Part shown: positions 36,375 to 46,090 of the stretch, piece by piece | Position numbering within the stretch: position 1 is the stretch's first letter | Layout of the letters: each line of letters opens with the position of its first letter | NCBI GenBank assembly: GCA_964527175.1 | Contig: CAZGQQ010000002.1 | Span: 1 to 56,288 of the forward strand | Length of the DNA: 56,288 bases | Source: an uncultured Treponema sp. | Lineage (GTDB): Bacteria; Spirochaetota; Spirochaetia; Treponematales; Treponemataceae | Direction: 5' to 3' | The notes under the pieces: generated by a model | Told to the model about the DNA's origin: nothing | The model's input: only the letters and a program-made list of their open reading frames with translations | Databases searched by the model: none | Translations under genes and position numbers: made by a program

Positions 36375-37214
36375 TTATTCTGCGCCGAGCTGGAACAAAA
36401 TCATGCTTGAAAGGGAAAGAGATCCGCCGGCAGACTTGCCAACTTCTTCCATTTTCTTTGCAACAGAGAACTTGTCATCCTTGACGAAGGGCTGCTCAAG
36501 GAAACAGATGTCGGCAAGGTGTTTCTTGATTTTCCCCTGTACGATTCCGGCCTTTACATTGTCCGGCTTGTCAAGTTCTGCAACCTGTTTGGTGAAAATT
36601 TCGGTCTGCTCATCGATGTATGCTTTTTCTACAGAAGCAGAATCCTTGTACATCGGTGTAAACGCGGCAATGTGGAGACAACAGTCATACGCAAACTGCT
36701 GAACTGCTTCATTGGAGAAGATTTCAGGTTTGTCCGATTTGAGCACCACAAGAGAGCCGGTTTTTTTATCGGAGTGAATGTAATATGCAATATATTCATC
36801 ATTACCGGCTGTTACGGCTGCAACCCGGCTCAGGGACATGTTTTCACGTACCTTGGTGGCCAGATCAAGAACCATGTCCGAAAGTTCTTTTGTAACTTCA
36901 GAATAGTTCTTTTCAAATGCCGTATTGATAACACGTTCACCAAGGTTGATGAAATCGTCATTTTTGGAAACAAAGTCGGTTTCACAGGTGAGCTCTGCCA
37001 TGACGGCACGATTCTTGTCTGCTTTCACCAATATGAGACCTTCACTTGTCGCACGTCCAACGCGTTTTTCAACGGCAGCAAGTCCTTTCTCCTTGAGAAT
37101 TTTCTCCGCTGCAGCAAAGTCTCCATTGGTTGAAACAAGGGCATTCTTGCATTCCATCATTCCTGCGCCGGTTTTTTCACGCAGGGATTTTACATCAGAT
37201 GCCTTTATATCCAT
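36375..37214 (-). CDS. tsf: Translation elongation factor Ts
   Basis: LREKTGAGMMECKNAL and ELTCETDFV. Confidence 0.98.
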   Translation of the reverse strand: MDIKASDVKSLREKTGAGMMECKNALVSTNGDFAAAEKILKEKGLAAVEKRVGRATSEGLILVKADKNRAVMAELTCETDFVSKNDDFINLGERVINTAFEKNYSEVTKELSDMVLDLATKVRENMSLSRVAAVTAGNDEYIAYYIHSDKKTGSLVVLKSDKPEIFSNEAVQQFAYDCCLHIAAFTPMYKDSASVEKAYIDEQTEIFTKQVAELDKPDNVKAGIVQGKIKKHLADICFLEQPFVKDDKFSVAKKMEEVGKSAGGSLSLSSMILFQLGAE

Positions 37215-37224
37215 GAATATCTCC

Positions 37225-38103
37225 TTATTTGTCTTCGTACAGTTTTTCTTCGTCTACGAGTTCTTCACTGGTTTCCGTTTCTTCTGTCGCGTCGTCCGAA
37301 GCCTTCTCCTGGGGAGTATAATTGCTGTAATCCTCAATCACTTCCTCATTGGGCTCAACAGAACCTTCACCGGTGTAATCTTCTTCATCGTCCTGAAGAT
37401 TCTCGATTATTTTCAGTCCGTTTTCATTGTCAGCTTCAACAACGGCATTTGCAATGATCTGGGTAAACAGTGATATTGCGCGAATTGCGTCATCATTGCC
37501 GGGAATGGGGTAGTCAATACCTTCAGGGTTACAGTTCGTATCTACAACCGCAACAATGGGGATTCCCATGCGGTGAGCTTCTGCAACGGCGATTCCTTCC
37601 TTGCGGGTGTCAATGATGAAGATGATCCCGGGGAGTTCCTTCATTTCCTTGATACCGCCAAGGTTCTTCTCGAGTTTTGCCTTTTCTTTCTGAAGTCCGG
37701 CGATTTCCTTTTTTGTCAGGCTTTCAAAGGTGCCGTCAATTTCCATTTTCTCAATTTTCTTGAGGCGAAGAAGGCTTTTCTTGATAGTGGTGAAATTGGT
37801 AAGCATACCGCCGAGCCAGCGGTTGTTGATAAAAAACATGCCGCATCGTTCCGCTTCCTTGGCGATTGTCTGCTGTGCCTGTTTCTTTGTTCCGACGAAA
37901 AGAACGCCCTTGCCGGCAGCTGCTGTCTTGCGAACTGCTTCATAGGCTTCCTTGATCGAAAGAATGGTTTTCTGAAGATCGATGATATGGATCCCGTTTC
38001 GTTCCGCGAAGATAAATTTCTTCATACGGGGATCCCAACGCTTGACCTGGTGACCGAAATGTACACCGGATTCAAGCAGACTTTTCATGGTAACTACTGC
38101 CAT
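37225..38103 (-). CDS. rpsB: 30S ribosomal protein S2 (acidic tail)
   Basis: [25 protein letters not shown] and PGNDDA. Confidence 0.99.
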   Translation of the reverse strand: MAVVTMKSLLESGVHFGHQVKRWDPRMKKFIFAERNGIHIIDLQKTILSIKEAYEAVRKTAAAGKGVLFVGTKKQAQQTIAKEAERCGMFFINNRWLGGMLTNFTTIKKSLLRLKKIEKMEIDGTFESLTKKEIAGLQKEKAKLEKNLGGIKEMKELPGIIFIIDTRKEGIAVAEAHRMGIPIVAVVDTNCNPEGIDYPIPGNDDAIRAISLFTQIIANAVVEADNENGLKIIENLQDDEEDYTGEGSVEPNEEVIEDYSNYTPQEKASDDATEETETSEELVDEEKLYEDK

Positions 38104-38196
38104 GAGTGTTCTCCTTTGCAGGGAATACCTGAATATGGTAGTCCTGCTCCTTCTCTGTGTCTCGGTGCCTGATTGGGCACCGGAAAATTATGCCGG

Positions 38197-38784
38197 TTAC
38201 TGCGTAAAGCGGTATCCGTGCTCGCGAAGTATGCCATATAACGAATGTATTGGCAAGCCTACAATGCTGCTCCAGGAACCCTCCATGCGGTCTATGAAAA
38301 ATGCCGCCTTTCCCTGAATCCGGTACGATCCTGCAACGCCCTGCCATTCGGCTGTGTCCAGATAACCGGTGATTTCCTCATCCGAAAGCGGAATGAAGGA
38401 TACCGTACTTTCACAGGTTCGGGAGGTGATGAAATTGGTTGTGGAATCAAAAAGGCTGACAGAGGTAACGACCGAGTGGGTTGTGCCGGAGAACGATCGT
38501 ATCATGTCTTCTGCTTCTTCACGGGAGGAAGGTTTTCCGAATAATCTGCCATTTTGAGAAATGATGGTATCCGCTCCAAGAACCCAGGGTACATTCAAAT
38601 CCAGTTCCATTCGAATAATTGATTCGACTTTTTTCATGGAATGAAGTTCGGTAATTTCTGCCGGGTCCCCCTCCGAGACCGCGGGTTCTGTCCAGGCAGG
38701 AGCCATGACGGTAAAAGGGATTCCCAGAGACCGCAGGATATCCTGGCGTCTCGGTGACGTTGATGCAAGAATGATCGGTTCCAA
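38197..38784 (-). CDS. maf: Maf family nucleoside triphosphate pyrophosphatase
   Basis: IILASTSPRR, GADT, GKP, AGSY.IQG and IVGLP; TTG start after a GGAG SD. Confidence 0.92.
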   Translation of the reverse strand: MEPIILASTSPRRQDILRSLGIPFTVMAPAWTEPAVSEGDPAEITELHSMKKVESIIRMELDLNVPWVLGADTIISQNGRLFGKPSSREEAEDMIRSFSGTTHSVVTSVSLFDSTTNFITSRTCESTVSFIPLSDEEITGYLDTAEWQGVAGSYRIQGKAAFFIDRMEGSWSSIVGLPIHSLYGILREHGYRFTQ

Positions 38785-38839
38785 TAGTTTCTCCGTTTGT
38801 TGACAAGAATGCAAAATTAGGTTGTAATACTGCCGTAAC

Positions 38840-38913
38840 GGAAGATTAGCTCATTTGGATAGAGCGTTGCCCTCCGGAGGCAAAGGCGGTGGGTTCGAAT
38901 CCCGCATCTTCCA
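38840..38913 (+). tRNA. tRNA-Arg (anticodon CCG); CCA not encoded
   Basis: Acceptor GGAAGAT/ATCTTCC; anticodon arm TTGCC-CTCCGGA-GGCAA; T-loop TTCGAAT; TTGACA at 38800 upstream. Confidence 0.95.
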
Positions 38914-38914
38914 T

Positions 38915-38948
38915 AAAAAAACCCGGTCGCTAGGCCGGGTTTTTTTTT
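38915..38948. terminator. Bidirectional rho-independent terminator
   Basis: A-tract-CCCGGTC..GGCCGGG-T-tract between the convergent tRNA-Arg and HEAT-repeat genes. Confidence 0.85.
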
Positions 38949-38962
38949 CGGTTACACACGTT

Positions 38963-39697
38963 CTATTTTCCGGATCCGTTGCCGCTTACCGACTTGAGAA
39001 CTTCGTACGCACGATTTCGTACCGGTGTTACATAATTATAGTTTCCGGCAATGCGGATGATTGATTCAATCATTCCGGACTTGTCTTCAACATTGGGGGC
39101 AAGTTTTTCATACGCATTGAGAATTTCAAGTGCAAGTGAACTGGTAGGGAGAATGATGTCAAACTTCCGGGTTACCCAGTTTATCATTTCAACAACTTCG
39201 TCTTCATCATTATATCCGAGTTCACCGAGGGATTTTACTGCTGCAGATATAACGCTCGGTTCATTGTCCGCAAACATGACGGCAACAAGGGTGTCTTTTG
39301 CTTCAACCGTTCCCATGCGGCCCAGGAGCTGACAGGCTCTGAGACGAATGTCGGGGAAATTGTTCATGGTACGCCCTTCTTCACGAATAACCGATCCGAT
39401 ACCCTCTTTGGCAAGAGAATCAAGGGCTATCTGCATGTCTTCGGTCACCCGTCCTGAATCAATGGCGTTCTCGATGTACTGAAGGGAAACGAGTTTTGCG
39501 TCCCGCCCGTCTGCCTGGGAAAGCTCTTTTATAATGACTCCCTCTACAGAACTGAGGTAAGCTTCCTCAACGGTCATGATTGAATCTGTCTGTTGTGAAT
39601 CATCTTTCTTTTTTGCCTCGTCTGCCTGCTGGGCAACAAGACCGGTATAAGCGAAGACACACAGCAGTACGGTGATAATGAACGGTTTCACGCGCAT
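38963..39697 (-). CDS. Exported HEAT-repeat protein
   Basis: Signal peptide; IRLRACQLLGRMG and VISAAVKSLGELG HEAT/PBS-like units; SD GGGAGG. Confidence 0.75.
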   Translation of the reverse strand: MRVKPFIITVLLCVFAYTGLVAQQADEAKKKDDSQQTDSIMTVEEAYLSSVEGVIIKELSQADGRDAKLVSLQYIENAIDSGRVTEDMQIALDSLAKEGIGSVIREEGRTMNNFPDIRLRACQLLGRMGTVEAKDTLVAVMFADNEPSVISAAVKSLGELGYNDEDEVVEMINWVTRKFDIILPTSSLALEILNAYEKLAPNVEDKSGMIESIIRIAGNYNYVTPVRNRAYEVLKSVSGNGSGK

Positions 39698-39790
39698 AGA
39701 AACGACCTCCCTGGTCATGTTATTCAAAATAATCAAAATATGTACCTAATAATTCGGCATTTTTCCGCTAAAGTCAAGTATACCATAGGT

Positions 39791-40375
39791 TCAACTGTTT
39801 TTTGGTACCAATTTCCATCCTTCGGGTGTTTTTTCAAGAATGTAAATTGCTGCCGGTTGTGACGGCGCAATTTCCATAATGACGTACACACGGGTAGGGG
39901 TAACGAATTGAATGTCGTCAACGCGCATATTCTGTCGTGACGGGACAAACACATAGTTGAAATAATCCTGGAGCGAGCGAAGGCGTATGCCCTTGGTGGG
40001 CAAACTTGCAGAAACCTGGTCAAGGACTTCCCGGTTTGAAAAAACACTGCGGTATTCATCAGACGTATAGGTAAGCCACCGGGAATAGTCACGATCAAGC
40101 GTTATCTTGTTGAGTTCATCAACGACAAGCTCAATTTCGGATTTTGTATTGATATAGGCCTTTTTGGTAATGGCGACTGTGTCAAAGCGGACAACAACAT
40201 CATCATCTTTCATTTTCTCTATCGCCTTTCCGTCAGGCGGCCGTGCAGGAATAACCGGTTCTGTACCGGCAGATCCGTTCTGGGACGAATCACGGGGCTG
40301 CGGATCGGGGGAAGAGACACAGGAGATGAAAAACACCAGTAGTAAAACCATGACCGGAAACAAATACTTGTTCAT
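39791..40375 (-). CDS. Putative lipoprotein
   Basis: Lipobox FFISC; promoter TTGACG-17-TACTAT lies 6 nt upstream of this ATG. The longer ORF-track start overlaps coaD and is rejected. Confidence 0.72.
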   Translation of the reverse strand: MNKYLFPVMVLLLVFFISCVSSPDPQPRDSSQNGSAGTEPVIPARPPDGKAIEKMKDDDVVVRFDTVAITKKAYINTKSEIELVVDELNKITLDRDYSRWLTYTSDEYRSVFSNREVLDQVSASLPTKGIRLRSLQDYFNYVFVPSRQNMRVDDIQFVTPTRVYVIMEIAPSQPAAIYILEKTPEGWKLVPKNS

Positions 40376-40483
40376 GTACACATAGTACCCCGACACGCTC
40401 ATAACGTCAAATATCTTTTTACCAATTAATATAGAGAGGATTCCGGTGTTGACGGAGCGGGACAGTGGCGGTAGAGTATTCAA

Positions 40484-40963
40484 ATGGTAAAAGCAGTGTT
40501 TCCCGGATCTTTTGATCCGCCCACGTACGGGCATTTGAATATCATTGAACGGGCGCGTCTCATTTTCAGCGAAGTCCATGTTGTCGTGGCGGTAAACCGG
40601 GAAAAGCGGTATACCTTTTCCGAAGCGGAACGGGTTGCGCTCATTCAGGACATGGTCAGTAAATGGGACAATGTTACTGTCCATGCCTGGGATACCCTGA
40701 TTGTCGATTATGCGCGAAAAATAAAGGCACATGTACTCATTCGCGGGGTTCGCAATATTACGGATTTTTCATATGAGTTTGATCTTGCCATGATGAATCG
40801 CGGATTGAATCCTGAAATTGAAACAGTCTTCCTTTCTCCGGATCCGCAATATTTCGTACTCAGGTCCAGTGCCATAAAGGAACTTGCGGTATTTGGCGGA
40901 GATGTATCATCCATGGTTCCCACAGCGGTAGCGGATCTTCTCAGGGAAAAACTGTCGCGCTAG
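40484..40963 (+). CDS. coaD: Pantetheine-phosphate adenylyltransferase
   Basis: [22 protein letters not shown] and SSAIKE. Confidence 0.97.
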   Translation: MVKAVFPGSFDPPTYGHLNIIERARLIFSEVHVVVAVNREKRYTFSEAERVALIQDMVSKWDNVTVHAWDTLIVDYARKIKAHVLIRGVRNITDFSYEFDLAMMNRGLNPEIETVFLSPDPQYFVLRSSAIKELAVFGGDVSSMVPTAVADLLREKLSR

Positions 40964-41001
40964 TTTATTTCGACAAAAAACTGATAATTGTAAGACAGCT
41001 A

Positions 41002-41030
41002 TTGACATGTAACAGGGAAATCGATAGTAT
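41002..41030 (+). promoter_or_regulatory. Sigma70 promoter of rpmF-acpP-rnc
   Basis: TTGACA-17-TAGTAT in an AT-rich intergenic region. Confidence 0.65.
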
Positions 41031-41091
41031 CGTTGTAATATTTGATTAAACAATCACGATATGGATTTTATTTTATTGCGAGGTTAGTAAT

Positions 41092-41280
41092 ATGGCAGTA
41101 CCCAGAGCGAAAACGTCAAAAGCCAGAACCCGCAGAAGACAGGGACTGAACATGCGTCTGAGTGCGCCTACCCTTGTTGAATGCGGTAATTGTGGAAATC
41201 TGATTATGACTCACCGTGTATGCCCCAAGTGCGGGTTTTATCGCGGACGCCAGGTTTTAACACCTGAAAATAACGGCTAA
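41092..41280 (+). CDS. rpmF: 50S ribosomal protein L32
   Basis: MAVPRAKTSKAR, CGNC..HRVCPKCGFYRG. Confidence 0.97.
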   Translation: MAVPRAKTSKARTRRRQGLNMRLSAPTLVECGNCGNLIMTHRVCPKCGFYRGRQVLTPENNG

Positions 41281-41298
41281 ACCGAGAGGAGCATAGTA

Positions 41299-41535
41299 AT
41301 GGACGAATTGTTTGAGAAGATGCAGAAGTTGATCGCAGAGAAACTCGAGATTGAAGAATCAAAGATCACACTTGATGCTTCGTTCCGCCAGGATCTTGGC
41401 GCTGACAGCCTTGATACCTATGAGCTGGTCTACGCCATTGAAGAAGAAATGGGAATCAGCATTCCGGACGAGAAGGCGAACGAATTTGAAACCGTACGCG
41501 ATGCGTACGACTTCATCAAGTCGCAGTCCAAATAA
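41299..41535 (+). CDS. acpP: Acyl carrier protein
   Basis: DLGADSLD phosphopantetheine site. Confidence 0.97.
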   Translation: MDELFEKMQKLIAEKLEIEESKITLDASFRQDLGADSLDTYELVYAIEEEMGISIPDEKANEFETVRDAYDFIKSQSK

Positions 41536-41559
41536 CATTTCTCCGGCAGGGAGCGAGCT

Positions 41560-42306
41560 ATGTTTGCATTTCGTCAATCGGTGACGGGCGAACGGAAGCA
41601 GGAACTTCTTGCCTTCCAGAGGCAGGCCGGATTCCGTTTCAGGGATCTTGGCCTGCTTGATCTGGCCTTTCATCACCGTTCTTTTTCCAATGAAAATTCA
41701 AAAGAAAAAATAAACAATGAGCGTCTCGAATTCCTTGGTGATGCTGTTCTCGGTATGGTTGTTGCTGCCCGTTTGTACGAGCATATGACAGACCGTCCTG
41801 AAGGAGAACTTGCAAAAACAAAGTCGGTTGTCGTATCGGAAGGAACGCTCTCGCACATAGCCCTTGAACTTGGTGTGAGTGACTATCTTGTCCTCGGAAA
41901 GGGTGAAAAAATGTCGGGTGGGAAGTTCAAAAAAGCAATTCTTGCCGATGCGCTCGAAGCCATTATCGGTGCGCTATATCTTGATTCAGGGTACCGGATA
42001 GCCGAAGCCTTTGTACTGTCAATAATGAATCCCCAGATTGAGCTGGTTCTGGAAAACCGCCATACACGCGATTTCAAAACGCTGCTTCAGGAACATGTCC
42101 AGAAAACTCATCGTACCGTGCCACATTATACCCTGACACGGAGAACCGGACCCGACCACGACCGTACTTTCTGGGTGTCCGTTGATGTGTGCGGAACGGC
42201 ATACGGTCCCGGGAAAGGAAAAAACAAGAAAGAAGCGGAACAGAATGCGGCCGGTATGGCGTGTCGTGATTTGCTCCTGCTGCAGGATTCAGGTACGGAA
42301 CACTAA
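41560..42306 (+). CDS. rnc: Ribonuclease III
   Basis: NERLEFLGDAVL, ADALEAIIGA.YLD and dsRBD KTLLQE...KKEAEQ. Confidence 0.98.
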   Translation: MFAFRQSVTGERKQELLAFQRQAGFRFRDLGLLDLAFHHRSFSNENSKEKINNERLEFLGDAVLGMVVAARLYEHMTDRPEGELAKTKSVVVSEGTLSHIALELGVSDYLVLGKGEKMSGGKFKKAILADALEAIIGALYLDSGYRIAEAFVLSIMNPQIELVLENRHTRDFKTLLQEHVQKTHRTVPHYTLTRRTGPDHDRTFWVSVDVCGTAYGPGKGKNKKEAEQNAAGMACRDLLLLQDSGTEH

Positions 42307-43670
42307 CCGTTAGTGCAAATATTGCGTTCCCGACAAAAAGCGAGAGCTATATCGAGCAGGGTGTCCCGTGAATTGAGTCCGGGATCATCAAGAACCGTTT
42401 CAAGGAGTTCCTGAAGAATTGTTCCGATTGCCGGTCCGTTTCGTATTCCTGCTTCCTTGAGATCATTTCCGTTAATGGCGAGATCCCGCAAAGACAAAAC
42501 GTGTTTTTCTGCAAGAATTGCATCGATTCTGCTTCGTAATTCCGCCAGATCCCGATGAGATTCCCGGGTTCCGGTTATGGCAAGAGAGTCTGCCCGCCGC
42601 AGCTGAAAAAGACGGTCCAGATGCTCAATTCCTGCAGAAACCATGAAGCGGCGCACTGCGGCATCTGTCCACACCGGTTCATAGTGAAACATGTGGAGTC
42701 GTATGAGGTGCACGGTATCGGTTATTGTTTTATTGGGAAATTTGAGGCGTTCCATGATGGTTTTCGTCATGGCGGCTCCTTCAGATTCATGGTGGTAAAA
42801 CGTATAGGTACCATTTTTGTCGGTATTCCGGGTGCGACATTTTCCTATATCATGAAACAGGGCGGCTAACCGTACTACCGCATCATCGCAGGGTGCCGCA
42901 GCGCATGAATGGTACAGATGATCAAGGACATCGTATCGATGTCGTCCTTTCTGCTCAACGCCGCGGCATTGTGAAAGTTCCGGAATGAACAATTCGAGCA
43001 ATCCGCTTGATTCAAGATACCTCAAGCCGGTCAGCGGATCCTCTCCCAATATCATTTTATACAGTTCATCCCGTACCCGTTCAATGGCAACCCGCGCCGT
43101 AACCGGAAGTGCTGGTCTGATGGCATCGAAGGTTTCCGGTTCAATGCTGAATCCCGGCATCGTCGAGAATCGGACTGCCCGCAGCGTACGAAGTCCATCT
43201 TCGGAAAAACGTTCACCGGGATTACCGACCGTTCGTATGCGTTTTTTCCTGATATCTGCCCGCCCTTCAAACGGATCCACGATGGCTCCGTCGGGCAGGG
43301 AAACTGCAATGGCATTCATAGTAAAATCCCGCCGTGAGAGATCTTCTTCTATGGTTGCAGCATACGATACACGGTCAGGATGACGGCCGTCAGAATACCC
43401 CTGTTCGGTGCGGAAGGTTGTACATTCAATGAGATGGCCGCGAAAGGGTATGGTAACGGTACCATGCTCGATACCGGTTGGAATAATGCGATGAAACAGT
43501 TGTTCAACTTCCCGGGGTTGTGCATTGGTGGCGACATCCCAGTCTGTTGCCTTCTTCCCGAGAAAAACATCGCGTACCGCTCCGCCGACAAGATATACCG
43601 AAAACCCGGCACGGGTAAAAAAAAGGGAAAAATCTTTCAGGTCCTTATGGACGGGTACCGTATTCATCAC
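42303..43670 (-). CDS. cca: tRNA nucleotidyltransferase (CCA-adding / PolA family) with HD domain
   Basis: VGGAVRD..DWDVAT, DLSRRDFTMNA, RFSEDGLR.LRAVRF and LFHDIGK. CCA-adding versus CC-/A-adding specificity cannot be read with certainty. Confidence 0.85.
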   Translation of the reverse strand: MMNTVPVHKDLKDFSLFFTRAGFSVYLVGGAVRDVFLGKKATDWDVATNAQPREVEQLFHRIIPTGIEHGTVTIPFRGHLIECTTFRTEQGYSDGRHPDRVSYAATIEEDLSRRDFTMNAIAVSLPDGAIVDPFEGRADIRKKRIRTVGNPGERFSEDGLRTLRAVRFSTMPGFSIEPETFDAIRPALPVTARVAIERVRDELYKMILGEDPLTGLRYLESSGLLELFIPELSQCRGVEQKGRHRYDVLDHLYHSCAAAPCDDAVVRLAALFHDIGKCRTRNTDKNGTYTFYHHESEGAAMTKTIMERLKFPNKTITDTVHLIRLHMFHYEPVWTDAAVRRFMVSAGIEHLDRLFQLRRADSLAITGTRESHRDLAELRSRIDAILAEKHVLSLRDLAINGNDLKEAGIRNGPAIGTILQELLETVLDDPGLNSRDTLLDIALAFCRERNICTNG

Positions 43671-43716
43671 GAAGCCAGTATAATGAAATACATCAGACAG
43701 GGACAAGTGAGGAGCT

Positions 43717-44370
43717 ATGAGGGGATTACTCTTTACCGGAGGCACCCGGCCGGACATGAGGCTGGCCTCGCGCCATTTTGGGGTATGGGATGCAGTGTAT
43801 GCCGCAGATTCGGGGTTAACCGGTGTGCATGAGGCGGGTCTGGATGCAGACTTCGTTGTTGGCGATATGGACAGTCTTGAAGATCAGGACATGCTGCTTT
43901 CTTTCGATGAACACCGCATTATTCGTGCTCCCTGCGACAAGGACGAAACTGATACCGAACTTGCCCTTGCCCTCATGAGGAACAATGGAATAGACGAGAT
44001 TGTCATGGTCGGAGGGGGCGGGGGCCGTATGGATCACTTTTTTGCCCTTGAGCGGCTTTTTTCCCGTGAGAATCCGCCACGGGTGTGGATTGGAAGCGAC
44101 ACGGTAGCCTGGCTTCTGGATGCTGCGGGTACGCCATCAGAAATAGAACTGACCGGTCTTGAAAGCGAATCAATCTCGATATTTCCCGTTGGCGGCGGGC
44201 CTCATGCCTGTCATGCGGAAGGACTTCTCTGGAACGTCGGAACCCTGGACTGGGACAGCGGCGCGTACAGTTTGAGTAACCGTGCACAAAACGGCACCTG
44301 CCGGATTGTGTCCCGCTCGGGGCGTTTCCTGGTTATTACACCGGTGGAGGGTGGTTTTACCGTCGTTTAG
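43717..44370 (+). CDS. thiN: Thiamine diphosphokinase
   Basis: AADSG, VGDMDS, KDETDTELAL, GGRMDH and SLSN. Confidence 0.92.
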   Translation: MRGLLFTGGTRPDMRLASRHFGVWDAVYAADSGLTGVHEAGLDADFVVGDMDSLEDQDMLLSFDEHRIIRAPCDKDETDTELALALMRNNGIDEIVMVGGGGGRMDHFFALERLFSRENPPRVWIGSDTVAWLLDAAGTPSEIELTGLESESISIFPVGGGPHACHAEGLLWNVGTLDWDSGAYSLSNRAQNGTCRIVSRSGRFLVITPVEGGFTVV

Positions 44371-45197
44371 CGGTTTGTTGACAACGGATGGTTTTCCGCA
44401 CCGGCACTGGTAAAAAACTCTATGAGTATGGGATATTTGGTAAGCAGCTCACCCCAGCGTGAAAAGCGTTCGAACGAGAGGTAATCGGATACTGAATCGG
44501 CAGCTTCACTGGTTGCTGTTTGTGTCCACAGGGTTCTTCGTTGATCCTGGTACGCTTCAAATGTTTGTGCCGCCGTATGGTACAGGGAAATGTCGGGGAA
44601 ACGGGTGCTTCTCACCGAGACAGATACAATCTCCAGATCCGTACCGGTTTCACGAAAGGCTGCTGCAATTTCCCGCGAAAGCGCATCTGAATCGGCATGC
44701 ATTGCCCCGTTTTCGGAAAGATCGGTCAGCATCCTCCGGATAACAGTATCTGCCGTATTCTGCACACGGTCGGAAAGAGCCTTGTTTGTCCACAGTTCCA
44801 GAGACTGCTGATCCTGCACCGCATGATATTCGACGAGCGCGGGCAGTGACGCCGGGGTAACCCGTGCAACGGTCTCGCAGGTAAATTCCCAGGAAAAATC
44901 GGGGGAGCCCTCAATCATGCGGGCATAAACCGTCCCGGAGGGAAGCATTCCGGATACACTCTGTGAGTGTGTTATGGGCAGGAGGTTAAAGGAGAGAACA
45001 CGGGCATTGGTTGGAAGCAGGAACTCCCATTGCCAACGGAATACGCCCGGCTCAATCGGTGTGGCATTCACTCCGCCTGTTTTTGATATCATGACTCCGT
45101 ACTGTCCGGCAGGTACAGAAAATTGTACCCACCCGAAGTAAAAGGCGGCTCCTGCAGAAAGAAGAAGCAAAAATAGGACAAAGATCGCTTTTTTCAT
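44367..45197 (-). CDS. Membrane-anchored hypothetical protein, SPFH/band-7-like
   Basis: N-terminal TM followed by VPAGQYGVMISKTGG..PG..W..LLP, resembling the SPFH N-terminus. Confidence 0.55.
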   Translation of the reverse strand: MKKAIFVLFLLLLSAGAAFYFGWVQFSVPAGQYGVMISKTGGVNATPIEPGVFRWQWEFLLPTNARVLSFNLLPITHSQSVSGMLPSGTVYARMIEGSPDFSWEFTCETVARVTPASLPALVEYHAVQDQQSLELWTNKALSDRVQNTADTVIRRMLTDLSENGAMHADSDALSREIAAAFRETGTDLEIVSVSVRSTRFPDISLYHTAAQTFEAYQDQRRTLWTQTATSEAADSVSDYLSFERFSRWGELLTKYPILIEFFTSAGAENHPLSTNR

Positions 45198-45262
45198 GGT
45201 TTGAACCCCTGTTACAAGCGGAAAGTTACCAGTATAGTACTTGCTAAGGAGTATACTGCAAT

Positions 45263-45616
45263 TTGAAGCCGAGGAAAAGCCGGAAAATTCGCAAAACACT
45301 GACCGTCCGCTTTCTGTACCGTACGGTATTGTCCCTCACCGTTTTTTCTGTCGGTCTTGCCGTTTTTTTTGTATTTGGCAATGTACAGCGTTTTCTCGAT
45401 TCAACACAAATTTTTATTATTACCGTTTTATCCTTCACGGCGATTGCCACCGTTCTGGCGACTATTCCGCTTATTGTACCAGAGTTCTTTCTTGCAATAA
45501 CTCACCGGCGGCAAAAGTACCTGCAGCTGCTCATTGTCAGTATTATATGTGTGCTGACAACCGCTGCCCTGGCTGTCATTTCCCGCACCATTCTTCTGTT
45601 GTCACGCGGATTATAA
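45263..45616 (+). CDS. Hypothetical 3-TM membrane protein
   Basis: Basic N-terminus, three hydrophobic helices and GNVQRFLDS; start codon uncertain. Confidence 0.6.
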   Translation: MKPRKSRKIRKTLTVRFLYRTVLSLTVFSVGLAVFFVFGNVQRFLDSTQIFIITVLSFTAIATVLATIPLIVPEFFLAITHRRQKYLQLLIVSIICVLTTAALAVISRTILLLSRGL

Positions 45617-45676
45617 TGCACGGTATCTCCCCTGGTGCGTTGACAAAGATTTGGCGCGTATCCTACTATACCACCG

Positions 45677-46090
45677 ATGGTACACTCTGAACGTCTCTAT
45701 GCCGTACGCGGCGCTGTATGCTGTGAAAACACTGAAGATTCAATCGGAAAGCGGATACCCGAACTCTACCAAACGCTGGTGGAAAAAAACGGTATTGATG
45801 AATCTGCCATGGTATCGATACAATTTTCCGTGAATCGGGAGCTTACGGTATATAATCCGGCGACGGCATTGCGAAGGGCCGGCTGTGCACAGGACGTTCC
45901 GCTTTTCTGTGCGGCTGAACCCTACATTGAAGGGTATCTGGAAAATGTTATAAGAATCCTTGTTACCTATTACGGAAACCGGGAACCCCGCTCCGTCTAT
46001 CTGTATGGAGCAGAGAAGCTTCGCCCCGATTTGTTTGAAGCAAAGGCATCCGCTGCAAGCACGTTACGTACAAACAGTCATGAATCCTGA
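45677..46090 (+). CDS. aroH: Chorismate mutase, AroH class
   Basis: AVRGA, SIQFS..EL..NPATALR, VPLFC..E, IRIL and VYL.GA..LRPDL. Confidence 0.88.
   Translation: MVHSERLYAVRGAVCCENTEDSIGKRIPELYQTLVEKNGIDESAMVSIQFSVNRELTVYNPATALRRAGCAQDVPLFCAAEPYIEGYLENVIRILVTYYGNREPRSVYLYGAEKLRPDLFEAKASAASTLRTNSHES

Noticed and set aside
38840-38950. tRNA genes as island integration sites
   Set aside because: I saw no duplicated tRNA 3' end, integrase or compositional shift next to any of the three tRNAs.
40376-40732. N-terminal extension of the 39791-40732 ORF
   Set aside because: It overlaps coaD on the opposite strand; the promoter and lipobox place the start at 40375.
40964-41091. AT-rich stretch as a replication origin
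   Set aside because: I found no DnaA-box cluster; the stretch is explained by the rpmF promoter and leader.
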